DNA of 64,000 bases, taken from contig JAVJQW010000042.1 in the NCBI GenBank assembly GCA_040218735.1, forward strand, positions 1 to 64,000, given 5' to 3'. This DNA is from Deltaproteobacteria bacterium (lineage in GTDB: Bacteria; Myxococcota; Kuafuiibacteriia; Kuafuiibacteriales; Kuafuiibacteriaceae). Below the pieces are notes generated by a model. It ran no database searches. It had not been told where the DNA came from and saw only the letters and a program-made list of their open reading frames with translations. Shown in pieces: positions 1-9,919 of the stretch. Every line of letters starts with the position of its first letter. Position 1 is the stretch's first letter. The position numbers and the translations under genes were made by a program.

Positions 1-311
1 GAGAGCTTCGCGACGCCCGTCATGTGCAGCTCGCCGGTCGCGATCATCTGGAAGACCTCGGGCACCCGCCGCGCCGCGCGCACTACGGCGACGCGCCGGC
101 ACGCCTGGTCCTCGGTCAGCCCGAGCCCCTCGACGCAGAACCGAAACAGCGAGCTAAAGCCCCGCTCGACGTAGAGCTTGCGCCGCTCGATCTCCGCCAT
201 GAACCGGAGCGCCTGCACGCCGCTCTTCAGCTCCGCGCGAAGCGCTTCGCGAAGTCCGCTCAGGAGATCGTTCTGGGTCATGCAAGACAGGTTGCAAGCG
301 TTCGGGCTCAT
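1..311 (-). CDS. Partial (runs off the window start) DUF222-like/HNH endonuclease family protein, N-terminal part
   Basis: Not in the ORF track. Manual translation from ATG at 311: MSPNACNLSCMTQNDLLSGLREALRAELKSGVQALRFMAEIERRKLYVERGFSSLFRFCVEGLGLTEDQACRRVAVVRAARRVPEVFQMIATGELHMTGVAKL. This fits the EIxxRxLYxxxGxSSLFxxCxxxLGxxExxAxRR N-terminus of multicopy HNH proteins of Myxococcota/Bdellovibrionota. The HNH domain itself would lie outside the window. Confidence 0.7.
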   Translation of the reverse strand, partial: MSPNACNLSCMTQNDLLSGLREALRAELKSGVQALRFMAEIERRKLYVERGFSSLFRFCVEGLGLTEDQACRRVAVVRAARRVPEVFQMIATGELHMTGVAKL

Positions 312-801
312 GTATCGAAGGTATCATCGAGCCCTCGAAACGCGATTCGGCACGGCTCGAGGATGACGGTCTGACACCTGCGAGGCCGCACGCCATGGAC
401 CGTCAGCGTCCGGCGATGCGTCCAAGCTCGAAAACCTCGAAACGGACGGCGTTCGTCGAGGAGATGGCCCGGACAGGGCCTCCAATTCCGTCAACCCTCA
501 AAAGAGAGAAGAGGACGTTCTTCTGCAACTCAACTTGCGCGACCGCCCATCCCCCTACCCAGCCGGCGAACCTCACCGGTCCATCGCAGCCCTCGACCGC
601 CGCCGGCGCAATCAGCCGACGCTGATTCCAGTGGTCTCGTTGAACGCGTTGAAGGCGGCGTGGATTACTCGCGTGTGAGGCACCGCACGGGCCGGCGGGG
701 CACCAGTGTCGGGCGATGGTTCCAAGGTGCGTCGGGCGCGTCATGCCCCGCCTTACGGCCTTTCCAGGCGGGCTAGGTTCGGCCTGGATTGACCGAGGCT
801 C

Positions 802-1926
802 TTACAGCAGCTTCATGTACGCGATGATGTCGGCGATCTCCTGCTCCGTGAGCACGAGGTTCGCCGGCGGCAGCGCGAAGTAGAACGCGTAATGCTCCAT
901 CACCTCCTCGAGGTCCTTCGCCGAGTTGTCGTGGAAGTACGGCGCGGTCTCGTTGACGCCCCATAGGGACGGGATGCGGAACGCGTTGGCGTCGGCCGGG
1001 TCGCCACTGATCAGCGCGCGGCCCGGGTCGGGGCTGGAGACGACGACGGGGGGCGCCGCGGGGTCGGACGGATCCGCGAACGCGAAGTCCTGCACCGCGT
1101 TGTTCGCGAGGTTGCGCTCGCTGACCGCGACCGAGATGAAGCGTGTGCCCGGCGGGAACGGTAGGAGCAGGTTGGCGGTGGTCTCGTTGAGGTTCGGGCC
1201 GCCGTGGCAGTGGCCGCACAGGCCGGCGGGGGTGTCCTCGAAGAACGCGCGGCCGCGGATCTCGCTCGGCGTGTTGCCGGCGGGGAGCGACGGTGCGGCG
1301 CCGATGCCGAGGCCCCATCGGAAGAGCTTGCCGCTCGAGTAGAACTGGCGGCGCTTGCGTTGGAAGGCGTCGACGCCGTCGAGCTCGCGCTGTGTCGGCT
1401 GACGGCCCGGCTCGTAGTGCGCGTTGACGGCGCCGGCCGCCTGCTCCTGGAGCGTGGCGTTGCGGCCGTCCTGCATGAAGACGGATTCGAGGCCCGGGTT
1501 GTTGAGCGTCGCGGAGGCGCCGCGGTGGAGCAGCGCGGTCGTCGCCGACGGGTCGCCGAGGAGCGTCACGTTCGACGGCAGCGGGATGAAGATGCGGAAC
1601 GTCGCGTCGTTGCGCAGGCGATCGTAGGTGAGGCCGAGGCCGTCGTCGCTGTCGATGGCGCGGAACAGATCGCCGTTGGGATCGGATTGGAACGCGGCCT
1701 CGACGTCGTCGGGCGAGACGGTGCCGGTCCCTTGCAGGTGGCACGTCCGGCAGACGCGTCCGTTGCCTTGGAACTCGCGGCGCTCGAACACCACGCGGCC
1801 GACGGTCGCGAGCGGAATGATCTCGGAGGTCGACTCACCGATTTCAGGCGCCTCCGCTCCGCCGCAGGCGACGGTCATGGCGGCCGCACACACGGCCAAC
1901 GTTGTCTTCTCGAACATCATCTTCAT
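802..1926 (-). CDS. Di-heme cytochrome c peroxidase (CcP/MauG-like) family lipoprotein
   Basis: Lipobox TVAC, two CXXCH motifs (CRTCH, CGHCH), FMQDGR..TLQEQA, DPGRA, FRIPSLWGV..TAPYFHD. Confidence 0.85.
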   Translation of the reverse strand: MKMMFEKTTLAVCAAAMTVACGGAEAPEIGESTSEIIPLATVGRVVFERREFQGNGRVCRTCHLQGTGTVSPDDVEAAFQSDPNGDLFRAIDSDDGLGLTYDRLRNDATFRIFIPLPSNVTLLGDPSATTALLHRGASATLNNPGLESVFMQDGRNATLQEQAAGAVNAHYEPGRQPTQRELDGVDAFQRKRRQFYSSGKLFRWGLGIGAAPSLPAGNTPSEIRGRAFFEDTPAGLCGHCHGGPNLNETTANLLLPFPPGTRFISVAVSERNLANNAVQDFAFADPSDPAAPPVVVSSPDPGRALISGDPADANAFRIPSLWGVNETAPYFHDNSAKDLEEVMEHYAFYFALPPANLVLTEQEIADIIAYMKLL

Positions 1927-2058
1927 CGACGCCCTCCCAAGCGTGACAGGTTACGCGGAGGGCTTACGCGCTCCGGGCCCGGGATCTGACCAGGAACCCG
2001 CGGGAGTCACAATGCGCGGTGCGCGCACATGTGCCGGACCTCGGTACGCTTTTCGGCG

Positions 2059-3387
2059 TCAGTCTTCGTCCGGCTCGCGCGCGAGGATGCGGTGCACCAT
2101 GTTCCGGTGCAGGCCGGCCTTCTGGGCCGCCTTGGTGACGTTGCCGCCTGCTTCCTCGACGGCGTGCTGAACGTACGCCCGCTCGAACGCCGCCTGCGCG
2201 GCTTTGCGGGCTTCGCGGAAGGGCATGTCGAAGAAGGCGTCGAAGCTGTTGGCCGCGGGGATCGGCTCGCCTTCGGGGTGGAGCGCCTGCGCGAGGGAGA
2301 GCTGCTTCGGGGAGAGCGCGCTCGCCTGTTGGATCGTGTTGCGGAGCTCGCGGACGTTGCCCGGCCAGTCGTGTGCCATCAGCGCGGCGACGGCGGTGGG
2401 CGACAGCGCGATGCGTTCGGCGTCGCCCGCCGCCTCCTGCGCGAAGTGGCGCGCGAGGAACGGGATGTCCTCGGGGCGTTGGCGGAGCGGCGGGAGGTGG
2501 ACGCGGATCACCGCGAGGCGGAAGAAGAGGTCGCTGCGGAAGCGGCGTTGCCGGACCTCCTCTTCGAGGTCGCGGTTGGTCGCGGCGACGACGCGGACGT
2601 CGACCTTCTCGTACGTGTTGCTGCCGACCGGCTTCACGGTTTGTGTCTCGAGGACGCGGAGCAAGCGAGATTGCAGGTCGGGCGGGAGCTCACCGATCTC
2701 GTCGAGGAAGATCGTGCCGCCGTTCGCGGAGCGGAACGCGCCGGCGCGGTCGCTGCTCGCGTGCGTGAACGCGCCCTTCACGTGGCCGAACAGCTCCGAC
2801 TCGACGAGGTTCGCCGGGATCGACGCGCAGTCGATGACGATGAACGGGCCGTCGCCGCGTCGGGATTCGCGGTGGATGGCGTCGGCGGTGACCTCTTTTC
2901 CGGTGCCCGTCTCGCCGGTGATCAGGACGGTGGTGTCGGTGCGGGCAGCGCGTTCGAGGACGGCGAAGGCCATCCGCATCGCGTGGCTCTTGCCGCGGAG
3001 GCCGCCGAACGCGGTGGCGTTCGAAGGGGGCAGCGGCTCTTGCGCGCCTTCCGTGAGGAGCTGCAGGTGTGTCTCGCCGACGCGGATCACCGCGCCGGGG
3101 CTCAGCTCGGCGGCTTCGAATCGGTGTCCGCCGAGGTAGGAGCCGTTGGTGCTCTTCAGGTCGATGGCGCGGACGCGTGGGCCGTCGACGCGCAGCTCCA
3201 GGTGCAGGCGGGAGACGGAGCTGTCGTCGAGCGCGACGGTCGCTTCGTCGGACTGTCCGACGATCAAAGGGCGGTTCGCGGAGAGGGCGACGCGGGTGCC
3301 GGCTTGGCTGCCGTCGAGGACGAGGAGCTCGAGGCCGACGTCCGCCCCGGCGAGGAGGTCCGTGAGCTGCCGAGTCTCGTCCGACAC
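2059..3387 (-). CDS. FHA-domain sigma54-dependent transcriptional activator (FHA-AAA+-HTH)
   Basis: FHA motifs (VSRLH, DLKSTNGS), Walker A GETGTGKE, ESELFGHVKGAFTHA, FLDEIGE, WPGNVREL, C-terminal Fis HTH; GTG start at 3387 preferred. Confidence 0.92.
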   Translation of the reverse strand: MSDETRQLTDLLAGADVGLELLVLDGSQAGTRVALSANRPLIVGQSDEATVALDDSSVSRLHLELRVDGPRVRAIDLKSTNGSYLGGHRFEAAELSPGAVIRVGETHLQLLTEGAQEPLPPSNATAFGGLRGKSHAMRMAFAVLERAARTDTTVLITGETGTGKEVTADAIHRESRRGDGPFIVIDCASIPANLVESELFGHVKGAFTHASSDRAGAFRSANGGTIFLDEIGELPPDLQSRLLRVLETQTVKPVGSNTYEKVDVRVVAATNRDLEEEVRQRRFRSDLFFRLAVIRVHLPPLRQRPEDIPFLARHFAQEAAGDAERIALSPTAVAALMAHDWPGNVRELRNTIQQASALSPKQLSLAQALHPEGEPIPAANSFDAFFDMPFREARKAAQAAFERAYVQHAVEEAGGNVTKAAQKAGLHRNMVHRILAREPDED

Positions 3388-3467
3388 GGTGTGCACTGTC
3401 GCAGGGCAGGGTGCCGGCAGCAACAAAACAGGCGCTCAGACCACGAGCTGCGTTAACATCCGCCGCG

Positions 3468-5177
3468 GTGGCGTCGAGGGACCTGCTCGAGGCGTTCGGC
3501 CCCTACCTGCTCCTGCGGACGCTGGGGAAGGGGGGCATGGGTGTCGTCTACGTCGCACGTGCGAACCTCGAGTCGCACCCGTTGGTCGCGGTGAAACGAC
3601 TGCGCGCCGACGCCGCGCGTGTGCCGTCGTTCTTGGAGCGCTTCGAGCACGAGTGTGCGTTGGCGCTCCGGCTGCGCCACGTGAACTTGGTCGAGACGCT
3701 CGACGCCGGGCACATCGACGGCGCGCCGTACGTCGCGTCGGAGCTCGTGCGCGGGAAGAACCTCGGCGAGCTCGCGCATCGCCTCGGGGACCAGGGGCTC
3801 GGAGCGCCGCTCGCGGCGGTGCTTCGCATCATGATCGACACCCTGTCGGCGCTGCACTACGTCCACACCGCGCGGGAGAGCGACGGGCGTTCGTTGATGC
3901 TCGTCCACCGCGACGTCACGCCCGGCAACATCATCGTCGGCTACGACGGGCGGAGCCGCCTCGCGGACTTCGGGTTGGCGAAGTCGTTGCTCACCGAGCA
4001 CCTCGGGCTCACCGCGGAGGGCACGGTGCTCGGGACGCCGAGTTACCTCGCGCCGGAGATGGCGTCGGGGGGGGCGGCGTCGCCGCAGACGGATCTGTAT
4101 GGGCTGGGCGCGGTGGCGTACCGACTGCTCGCCGGCTGCGGACCGTACGAGGGGACGCCACGGCAGGTGCTGACCGACATGCTCACGGGGCCGCCGAAGC
4201 CGATCGAGGAGCACCGGCCGGATCTGCCGCGGGAGTTTCTCAGCGCCCTTCGGCGCATGATGTCGAGGCGCCCGGAGGATCGACCCAGCTCGGCGCGCGC
4301 AGCGATGCACATGCTCGGCGAAGTCGCGGAGAAGACGCAGGTCTGGGTCGAGCACAAAGACCTCGCGGAGTGGTTCACGAAGATGTTCCGCGAGGAGAAG
4401 GCCGAGCAGGACGCGCAGTGGACGAAGGATCTCCGCGTGCAGGCGCGTCCGGATCACGAAGCGGGGACGCGGGTGTTGCCGCGCGTGGAGGCGCCGCTGA
4501 GCGGTGAGGACTCCAGTCACGAATCGCGCATCGCTTCGACGCTCGCGCTCGCGGGGGTGCCGTTGGGCGACGACCTCGAGCCCGCCGCGGACACGTTGAA
4601 GGCGGCGTTCCCGAACGTCCGCGCGCAGGCGGTGGAGATCGCGACGGAGGCGGCGATCCCGCAGCCGGAGCCGGTGGTGCCGTTGGGGCGGGGCCTCGGG
4701 GAGTCGCCGGCGCCGTCGCTCGGGATGCCCAAGGTGTCGCCGCCGGCGGAGTCACCGAAGCGCTCCAACCAGCCGACGACCGCGGAGCGCATGACGATCG
4801 TCCCGGGCTCCGCGCGCGAAGCTCAGAACACGCCGACGGCGACGATCCGCCCGAAGCCCCCGCAGGCGCGCGTCGCGACGTCGGCGCCGATCGCCGAGTC
4901 ACGCGGGCCGGGGTGGTTCTCGATGATCTTCATCGCGGTTGTCTCCGCCGTGGGCGGGGCGTTGCTCGCGTGGTGGATCGTGATGAACCAGGTCGATCCC
5001 GATCTGTACAGGCGCCTTGGCGTCGCGATCGCGAAGGTGCAGGAGCGCCCGCAAGGCGACGAACGCGCCGCGCTCGAGAAGAAGCTCGACCGAGTCGGCG
5101 CGCACCTCAAAGCGGGGGACGCGATGGAGGCGCAGGTGTTGCTGGCGGAGGTCGAGTACACGTTGGAGCCGAAGTGA
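3468..5177 (+). CDS. Ser/Thr protein kinase with C-terminal TM helix
   Basis: GKGGMGVV, VAVKRL, HRDVTPGN, DFGLAK, GTPSYLAPE; hydrophobic segment near the C-terminus; start uncertain (3411 or 3468). Confidence 0.92.
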   Translation: MASRDLLEAFGPYLLLRTLGKGGMGVVYVARANLESHPLVAVKRLRADAARVPSFLERFEHECALALRLRHVNLVETLDAGHIDGAPYVASELVRGKNLGELAHRLGDQGLGAPLAAVLRIMIDTLSALHYVHTARESDGRSLMLVHRDVTPGNIIVGYDGRSRLADFGLAKSLLTEHLGLTAEGTVLGTPSYLAPEMASGGAASPQTDLYGLGAVAYRLLAGCGPYEGTPRQVLTDMLTGPPKPIEEHRPDLPREFLSALRRMMSRRPEDRPSSARAAMHMLGEVAEKTQVWVEHKDLAEWFTKMFREEKAEQDAQWTKDLRVQARPDHEAGTRVLPRVEAPLSGEDSSHESRIASTLALAGVPLGDDLEPAADTLKAAFPNVRAQAVEIATEAAIPQPEPVVPLGRGLGESPAPSLGMPKVSPPAESPKRSNQPTTAERMTIVPGSAREAQNTPTATIRPKPPQARVATSAPIAESRGPGWFSMIFIAVVSAVGGALLAWWIVMNQVDPDLYRRLGVAIAKVQERPQGDERAALEKKLDRVGAHLKAGDAMEAQVLLAEVEYTLEPK

Positions 5178-5383
5178 GCACGCTCGAGGCTCGCGCTCTC
5201 ACGACCTCCCTCGCGGTGGCGCTCGGGGTTGTGTACTGCAAACACGTCCCGACGCCGGAGGATGTGACGATCGAGATGAAGTCGGACGTCAGCGCGGCAC
5301 GGCACCACCGACTCCCGACGCCTCTTCGCGAAGAGAGACACCGCGTGCACCTGGAACACGCGAACGCGGTTGAACCTGCGTCC

Positions 5384-6253
5384 TCAGGGATCGAAGGGCA
5401 GGCGGTAACCCACGCTGACGCGCGCATCCACGAACGCGCCGTCGGCGGCGACGCTCACCTGCTCGCCCACGACGCCGCGCGCGCCGCGGATCGTGGCGCC
5501 GGGGCGGAGCTCGAGGCCGAGGTCGAGGCCGAATGGGAGGACCCTGCGCACGGCGAGCGCGGCGGCGGCGCGGAGGATCGCGCGCCGGTGGTCGCCGGTG
5601 GCGCCGCTGAGGGTGGCCCAGCCGGCGTCGACGTAGGCGCCCGCGAACCACTCGAAGCCGACGGCGTCGGTGCGGACGCCGGCCAGCCCTTCCGCGGAGA
5701 AGTGGATGAGGCGCGCGGACCCGAACGTCTCCTCGGCGCGGGTCGTGAGGATCCGCGCGCCGAGCGCGAAGAGGAACAGGGATCCCGGACGCAAGGCGAC
5801 ACGCGCGCCGCCGCCGTAGAGGAGAGTGCCGACGCCGGGGTAGGCGCCGACCTCGCCGGCGGCTTCGACGCCGAAGCGCGGCGGGGGGACCTTCTTCGGG
5901 GGGGCGCGTTCGACCTCGGGCGTGAACGGCGTGGGCGGACCGGCGAGCTCGGCGCCATCGAGGAGGTCGCCGACGGTGAGCGCGACGGTGCGCAGCGCGA
6001 GCTCCGCCGGGACGTCGGCGAGCGATACGTCGGCTTGCCGCGGCGTGTGACCGGCGCGGAGGACGGCGACCTGCAAGTCGGGTTGCTCGCAGCGCGGGAC
6101 GATCACGGCGACGTAGACCCGCCCCACCGAGGACGTGTCGGCGAGCAGCATTCGTTCGAGATCTTCTGCGTCGAACCAGTCCGGGGGGCACGCGGGCGGC
6201 TCGATCACGAACGACGTCGATGTCGCGAGGGTGAGGAGCAGCGTCAACGTCAT
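5384..6253 (-). CDS. Exported hypothetical protein with C-terminal beta-strand (barrel-like) region; third gene of ECF cassette 1
   Basis: Signal peptide MTLTLLLTLA; ATGA overlap with the upstream FecR gene; alternating beta pattern ending VSVGYRLPF. Confidence 0.7.
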   Translation of the reverse strand: MTLTLLLTLATSTSFVIEPPACPPDWFDAEDLERMLLADTSSVGRVYVAVIVPRCEQPDLQVAVLRAGHTPRQADVSLADVPAELALRTVALTVGDLLDGAELAGPPTPFTPEVERAPPKKVPPPRFGVEAAGEVGAYPGVGTLLYGGGARVALRPGSLFLFALGARILTTRAEETFGSARLIHFSAEGLAGVRTDAVGFEWFAGAYVDAGWATLSGATGDHRRAILRAAAALAVRRVLPFGLDLGLELRPGATIRGARGVVGEQVSVAADGAFVDARVSVGYRLPFDP

Positions 6254-8064
6254 GGAGGCGGGGCCCACCGTCGAATCTGCTCGATGCGGGCGCCCTTTGG
6301 GAAGTTCTCGACGTAGCGCTTCGCCGCCGCGCGCGCGCGCTTGCGTTGGTTCGTCGCGACGTAGCTCTCGACGAGGCGCGCGAGCGCGCGCTCCTCGAGC
6401 GGACGCGGGAGCCCGGCGGCGAGCGCCGCCTCGAGGTGCTTCGCGGCGGCGTCGTGGTCGCCGAGGTCTTCGCGGTAGACCCGCGCGAGCATGAAACGCG
6501 CGAGGGGGACGCGCGGGTCGTCGGGGGCGTCGGCGACGAAGCGGGCGAGGATCTCGGTGGCGCGCTCCGGCAGGCCGGCGGCGCGCGCGCGGTCGGAGGC
6601 GGCGAGGGGATCGTCGTCGTCGCTGCCTTCTCTTCGCTGCGCGGTGGCGCCGTCCTTCGCGGAGGCTCCGTTCGCCGCAGCTCCGTTCGCGGCAGCTCCG
6701 TTCCCGATGGCTCCGTTCGCTCCGCCTCTATTCGAGTTGGCTCCGCTCCTTGCGGCTCCATTCGCGCCGTCTCCGCTCTCGATGGTTCCACTCGCGACGG
6801 CTCGGTTCGCGCCAGCTCGGTTCGCGCGGCCTCCGTTCGTGCCGCCTCCGTTCACGCCGCCACCGTTCGCGTCAGCTCGGTTCGCGCGGCCTCCATTCGC
6901 GCCTCCACCGCTGGCGCCAGCTCGGTTCGCGCCGCCACCGCTGGCGTCAGCTCGGTTCGCGCCGCCACCGCTGGCGCCGCCTCCGTTCACGCCGCCACCG
7001 CTGGCGCCAGCTCGGTTCGCGCCGCCTCCGTTCACGCCGCCACCGCTGGCGTCAGCTCGGTTCGCGCCGCCACCGCTGGCGCCGCCCCCGTTCACGCCGC
7101 CACCGCTGGCGCCAGCTCGGTTCGCGCCGCCTCCGTTCACGCCGCCACCGCTGGCGTCAGCTCGGTTCGCGCCGCCTCCGCTGGCGCCAGCTCCGTTCGC
7201 GTCGCTTCCGTTTGCTTCGCCTCCGTGCCCCGCCTCCGGGTCTTTGCGCCCGGACGAGGCGCCGGCGTCGCCGTCCACCGCGGTCGGGGCGCCGCGCGCA
7301 GCGGCGAGCGCTTCCGCGATGGCTCCGCCCTCCGCGGCGCTTCCGCTGACCGTGTTTGTCTCGTCGCGTCCCGTCGCGCCCTGGCGCTCCGCGGTGGCTC
7401 CGGCCTCCCCGGCGTCACCGAAGGCCAGCTCCCTGCGCGCGTCTGAGTTCGGTTCCCAGGCGTAGGCGCGGCCCCCCGGCGCGCCGCTCTCGGGCGCCCC
7501 CGCGACGGCCCACCGTCGCGCGTTCTCCGCGAACTTCGCCTCCACGCGCAGCGCGTCGCCGCCGTGCACGAGCGTCGAGTCCCCGTCGCGCTCGACGCGT
7601 ACGGTGCCGCGGTCGACCTCCACGAAGAGCTGGTCCGCCGCCCGCCGCACCGTGAAGCGTGTGCCCACCACGACCACGCGCACGTCGCCGCCGCGGACGT
7701 AGAAGGTTCGGTCGGGATCGTGCGGGACGTCGAAGGCCGCGGCGCCCTGCTCCAAGCGCCACCCGGTCACGTCCGCCGCGCTCTCGAGCGGCACGAGGCG
7801 CGCCCCCGGCATCAACACGATCTGCGTCCCGTCGTCCGCCGTCACCACCTCGGGTGTGAACGCTTGCGCCGAACGATTCAGCGGCGCGCGCGGCGTAGAC
7901 GGCCCCGGCCGCAGCACGAGCACCACCAGCGCCGCGACCGCCGCCGCGCCGAGCACCCAGACGCCGCGCTTCGGCCCGCGGTGCCGCCGCGCCTGGATGG
8001 TCTCCCACGCTGTGTCGAGGTCCCGCGCGTCGGCCGGATCGGTGAGGTGCTCCCGCAGCTTCAC
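6250..8064 (-). CDS. FecR-domain anti-sigma factor with low-complexity linker and C-terminal TPR
   Basis: GTG at 8064 overlaps the sigma stop (GTGA); TM helix; FecR motif LEQGAAAFDV...VVVVGTRFTV...VDRGTVRV; C-terminal YVENFPKG TPR-like end. Confidence 0.85.
   Translation of the reverse strand: MKLREHLTDPADARDLDTAWETIQARRHRGPKRGVWVLGAAAVAALVVLVLRPGPSTPRAPLNRSAQAFTPEVVTADDGTQIVLMPGARLVPLESAADVTGWRLEQGAAAFDVPHDPDRTFYVRGGDVRVVVVGTRFTVRRAADQLFVEVDRGTVRVERDGDSTLVHGGDALRVEAKFAENARRWAVAGAPESGAPGGRAYAWEPNSDARRELAFGDAGEAGATAERQGATGRDETNTVSGSAAEGGAIAEALAAARGAPTAVDGDAGASSGRKDPEAGHGGEANGSDANGAGASGGGANRADASGGGVNGGGANRAGASGGGVNGGGASGGGANRADASGGGVNGGGANRAGASGGGVNGGGASGGGANRADASGGGANRAGASGGGANGGRANRADANGGGVNGGGTNGGRANRAGANRAVASGTIESGDGANGAARSGANSNRGGANGAIGNGAAANGAAANGASAKDGATAQRREGSDDDDPLAASDRARAAGLPERATEILARFVADAPDDPRVPLARFMLARVYREDLGDHDAAAKHLEAALAAGLPRPLEERALARLVESYVATNQRKRARAAAKRYVENFPKGARIEQIRRWAPPP
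6655..7222. repeat. In-frame 15-bp-unit tandem repeat (ANRAG/ASGGG/VNGGG/ANGAA pentapeptides)
   Basis: Recurrent gctcggttcgc / ccgccaccgctggcg / cctccgttcac units with higher-order duplications. Confidence 0.9.
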
Positions 8065-8651
8065 GACTCCACCCCCAGCGCTTCGTCCATCGCCTCGCGC
8101 GCCGCCTTGATCCTCCGCTTCGCGGTCGCGAGGGAACACCCACACTGATCCGCGACGTCCTGCAGCGACTCCTCCTCCACGTACCGCAGCACCCAAGCCA
8201 CCCGCAGCGCGGCGGGGAGGGCCGTCAGCACCTCGTCGATCGTCCGCAGCTCCGCGAGCACCTCCGGCGAGGTCCCGGGACGCACCCAGGTCGACAGCCG
8301 CGAAACCTCGGGCGGCGCGAGCCCGAAGAAACACAGCACCCGGCGACGCTTCGACTGCCGGTACACGATCCGAAATGCGATCGTGCGCAGCCACCCCCGA
8401 AACGCCGCCGGCTCGGTCAGCTGCGGGAGCCGCCGGAACGCCTGGACGAACGCGTCCTGCACCACGTCGAGGGCGTCGTCGCGGTTGGACGTCAGGCGGA
8501 TCAGCGTGTTCAGCAGCGGGAGCGCGTGGCGCCGGTAGAGCGCCTCCTCCGCCGCCGAATCCCCCTCCAGCGCTCGGCGGACCAACACATCGTCCTCCGG
8601 CGCGGCCGCCGTCGGCAAACGAACGACCTCCCCTCGCGCCTCGGACACCAC
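8061..8651 (-). CDS. ECF RNA polymerase sigma-70 factor
   Basis: Region 2 DALDVVQDAF...FRGWLRTIA; region 4 LPAALRVAWVLRYVEEESLQDVA...ATAKRRI. Confidence 0.93.
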   Translation of the reverse strand: MVSEARGEVVRLPTAAAPEDDVLVRRALEGDSAAEEALYRRHALPLLNTLIRLTSNRDDALDVVQDAFVQAFRRLPQLTEPAAFRGWLRTIAFRIVYRQSKRRRVLCFFGLAPPEVSRLSTWVRPGTSPEVLAELRTIDEVLTALPAALRVAWVLRYVEEESLQDVADQCGCSLATAKRRIKAAREAMDEALGVES

Positions 8652-8750
8652 GACCCCAGCATAGAGGCACCGGGCCGACGAATCGGCTCACCCGGTCTCG
8701 AAAAACGCCAAAAACCGAGCCGTTTTCCCAGTACGCTGACTCCTCCCCTC

Positions 8751-9917
8751 GTGCGCGTCGCCTTGAGAATCCTCGTGATCGCCCAAGCGGTCGGGTGCTC
8801 CACCGAGGTGGTCGAGCTCGCGATCGTGGACGCCTCGGTCCCCGACGCCGGCCCCGCCGACCCCCGAGACGCAGGCGAAGCCCCCCGCGCCCGGTTGGTC
8901 TGCCCGGACACCCTCGTCGCTGGGTCCGGCGACACCTTCCGCGACGCCATCCCCGACAGCCCCCTCGCGATCGAGGTCTCGGGGGTGCTGTCGATGTCCG
9001 TGTACGGCGCCGATTTCCTCGACGCGCGCGGCTTCGGCTTCCTGCTTCGCCGCCACACGGGGCACGGTGCCTCCTTCGCCTCGGCGAGCCTCGACGGGGT
9101 CCACATCGCGGGCCCGATGCTCGCGCGCGACGGCGACGCGGGCTTCGTCGTCGCACACCACGTCCGATCCTCCACCTGGGGCGAGCTGATTCAACTCAAC
9201 GTCTTCCGCGCGGGGGAGCGCTCGGAGCGTTACATCGTCACCGGACAGGAGTCGCCGGTCTGGGACGTTGCCTACGTGGACCAGACCTTCGTCGCCGCGA
9301 TCGGCGATCCCGCGCGCCCGCGCCTCGAACAGTTCGGCATCAACGGGCGCCCCGTCGGCTTCGGGGAGGCGCCGATCCCCTCCGGCGCGATCGACGCGCG
9401 CCTCGCGCAGCACGGCGGGACGATCTGGTTGTTCACGCGCAGCGCAGCGAACGCGAACGTGGTCGTCGGTCACCGTCTCGTCGACGGCGAGATCGTCACG
9501 AGTGTCCCCTTCGACGCGTGCGGCGCGCTCCTCGGTTGGGACGTGACGACCAACGGCGACGACGCCTTCGTCGCGCTCTCATGCGCGGACGGCGGCTACC
9601 TCATGGCGACGACGACGACCGAACGACGCGCACTCGGCGCGCAGGTCATGACGCCGCGTATCGCGTTCGACGGTGCGGTCATCGGCGTCGTCGGCTGGGC
9701 GCCGGACGAAACGCGCCCAAACGTCCGCTTCGCAGCGCCGGACCTCACGGCGATCGGTGCCCCGCTCGTCGTACCGCTCCCGACGAGTGTGGACGAACCC
9801 GGCGCCGTCGACATTGCGGGGCTCGAGCCGGGCGAGGGCTGGGCGGTCGCTGCCACGTCGAGGAAGGGCGACGGTTGGATCCAGTACTTCGACGGCTGCG
9901 TGCTCGAGGCGCAGTGA
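8751..9917 (+). CDS. Hypothetical lipoprotein (beta-rich), paralog of the next gene
   Basis: Lipobox AVGC, DAG-rich linker, then CP...C...DV...SC...PRIAFDG...FDGC pattern. Confidence 0.7.
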   Translation: MRVALRILVIAQAVGCSTEVVELAIVDASVPDAGPADPRDAGEAPRARLVCPDTLVAGSGDTFRDAIPDSPLAIEVSGVLSMSVYGADFLDARGFGFLLRRHTGHGASFASASLDGVHIAGPMLARDGDAGFVVAHHVRSSTWGELIQLNVFRAGERSERYIVTGQESPVWDVAYVDQTFVAAIGDPARPRLEQFGINGRPVGFGEAPIPSGAIDARLAQHGGTIWLFTRSAANANVVVGHRLVDGEIVTSVPFDACGALLGWDVTTNGDDAFVALSCADGGYLMATTTTERRALGAQVMTPRIAFDGAVIGVVGWAPDETRPNVRFAAPDLTAIGAPLVVPLPTSVDEPGAVDIAGLEPGEGWAVAATSRKGDGWIQYFDGCVLEAQ

Positions 9918-9919
9918 AC

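Noticed and set aside
395-790. Short ORFs or ncRNA in the gap between the HNH-like and cytochrome genes
   Set aside because: No coding bias or recognisable RNA family could be established by eye
5174-5385. Possible small gene or remnant after the kinase (VSTLEARALTTSLAVALGVVYCKH...)
   Set aside because: The frame runs into the convergent gene without its own stop and has no recognisable motif; cannot be supported
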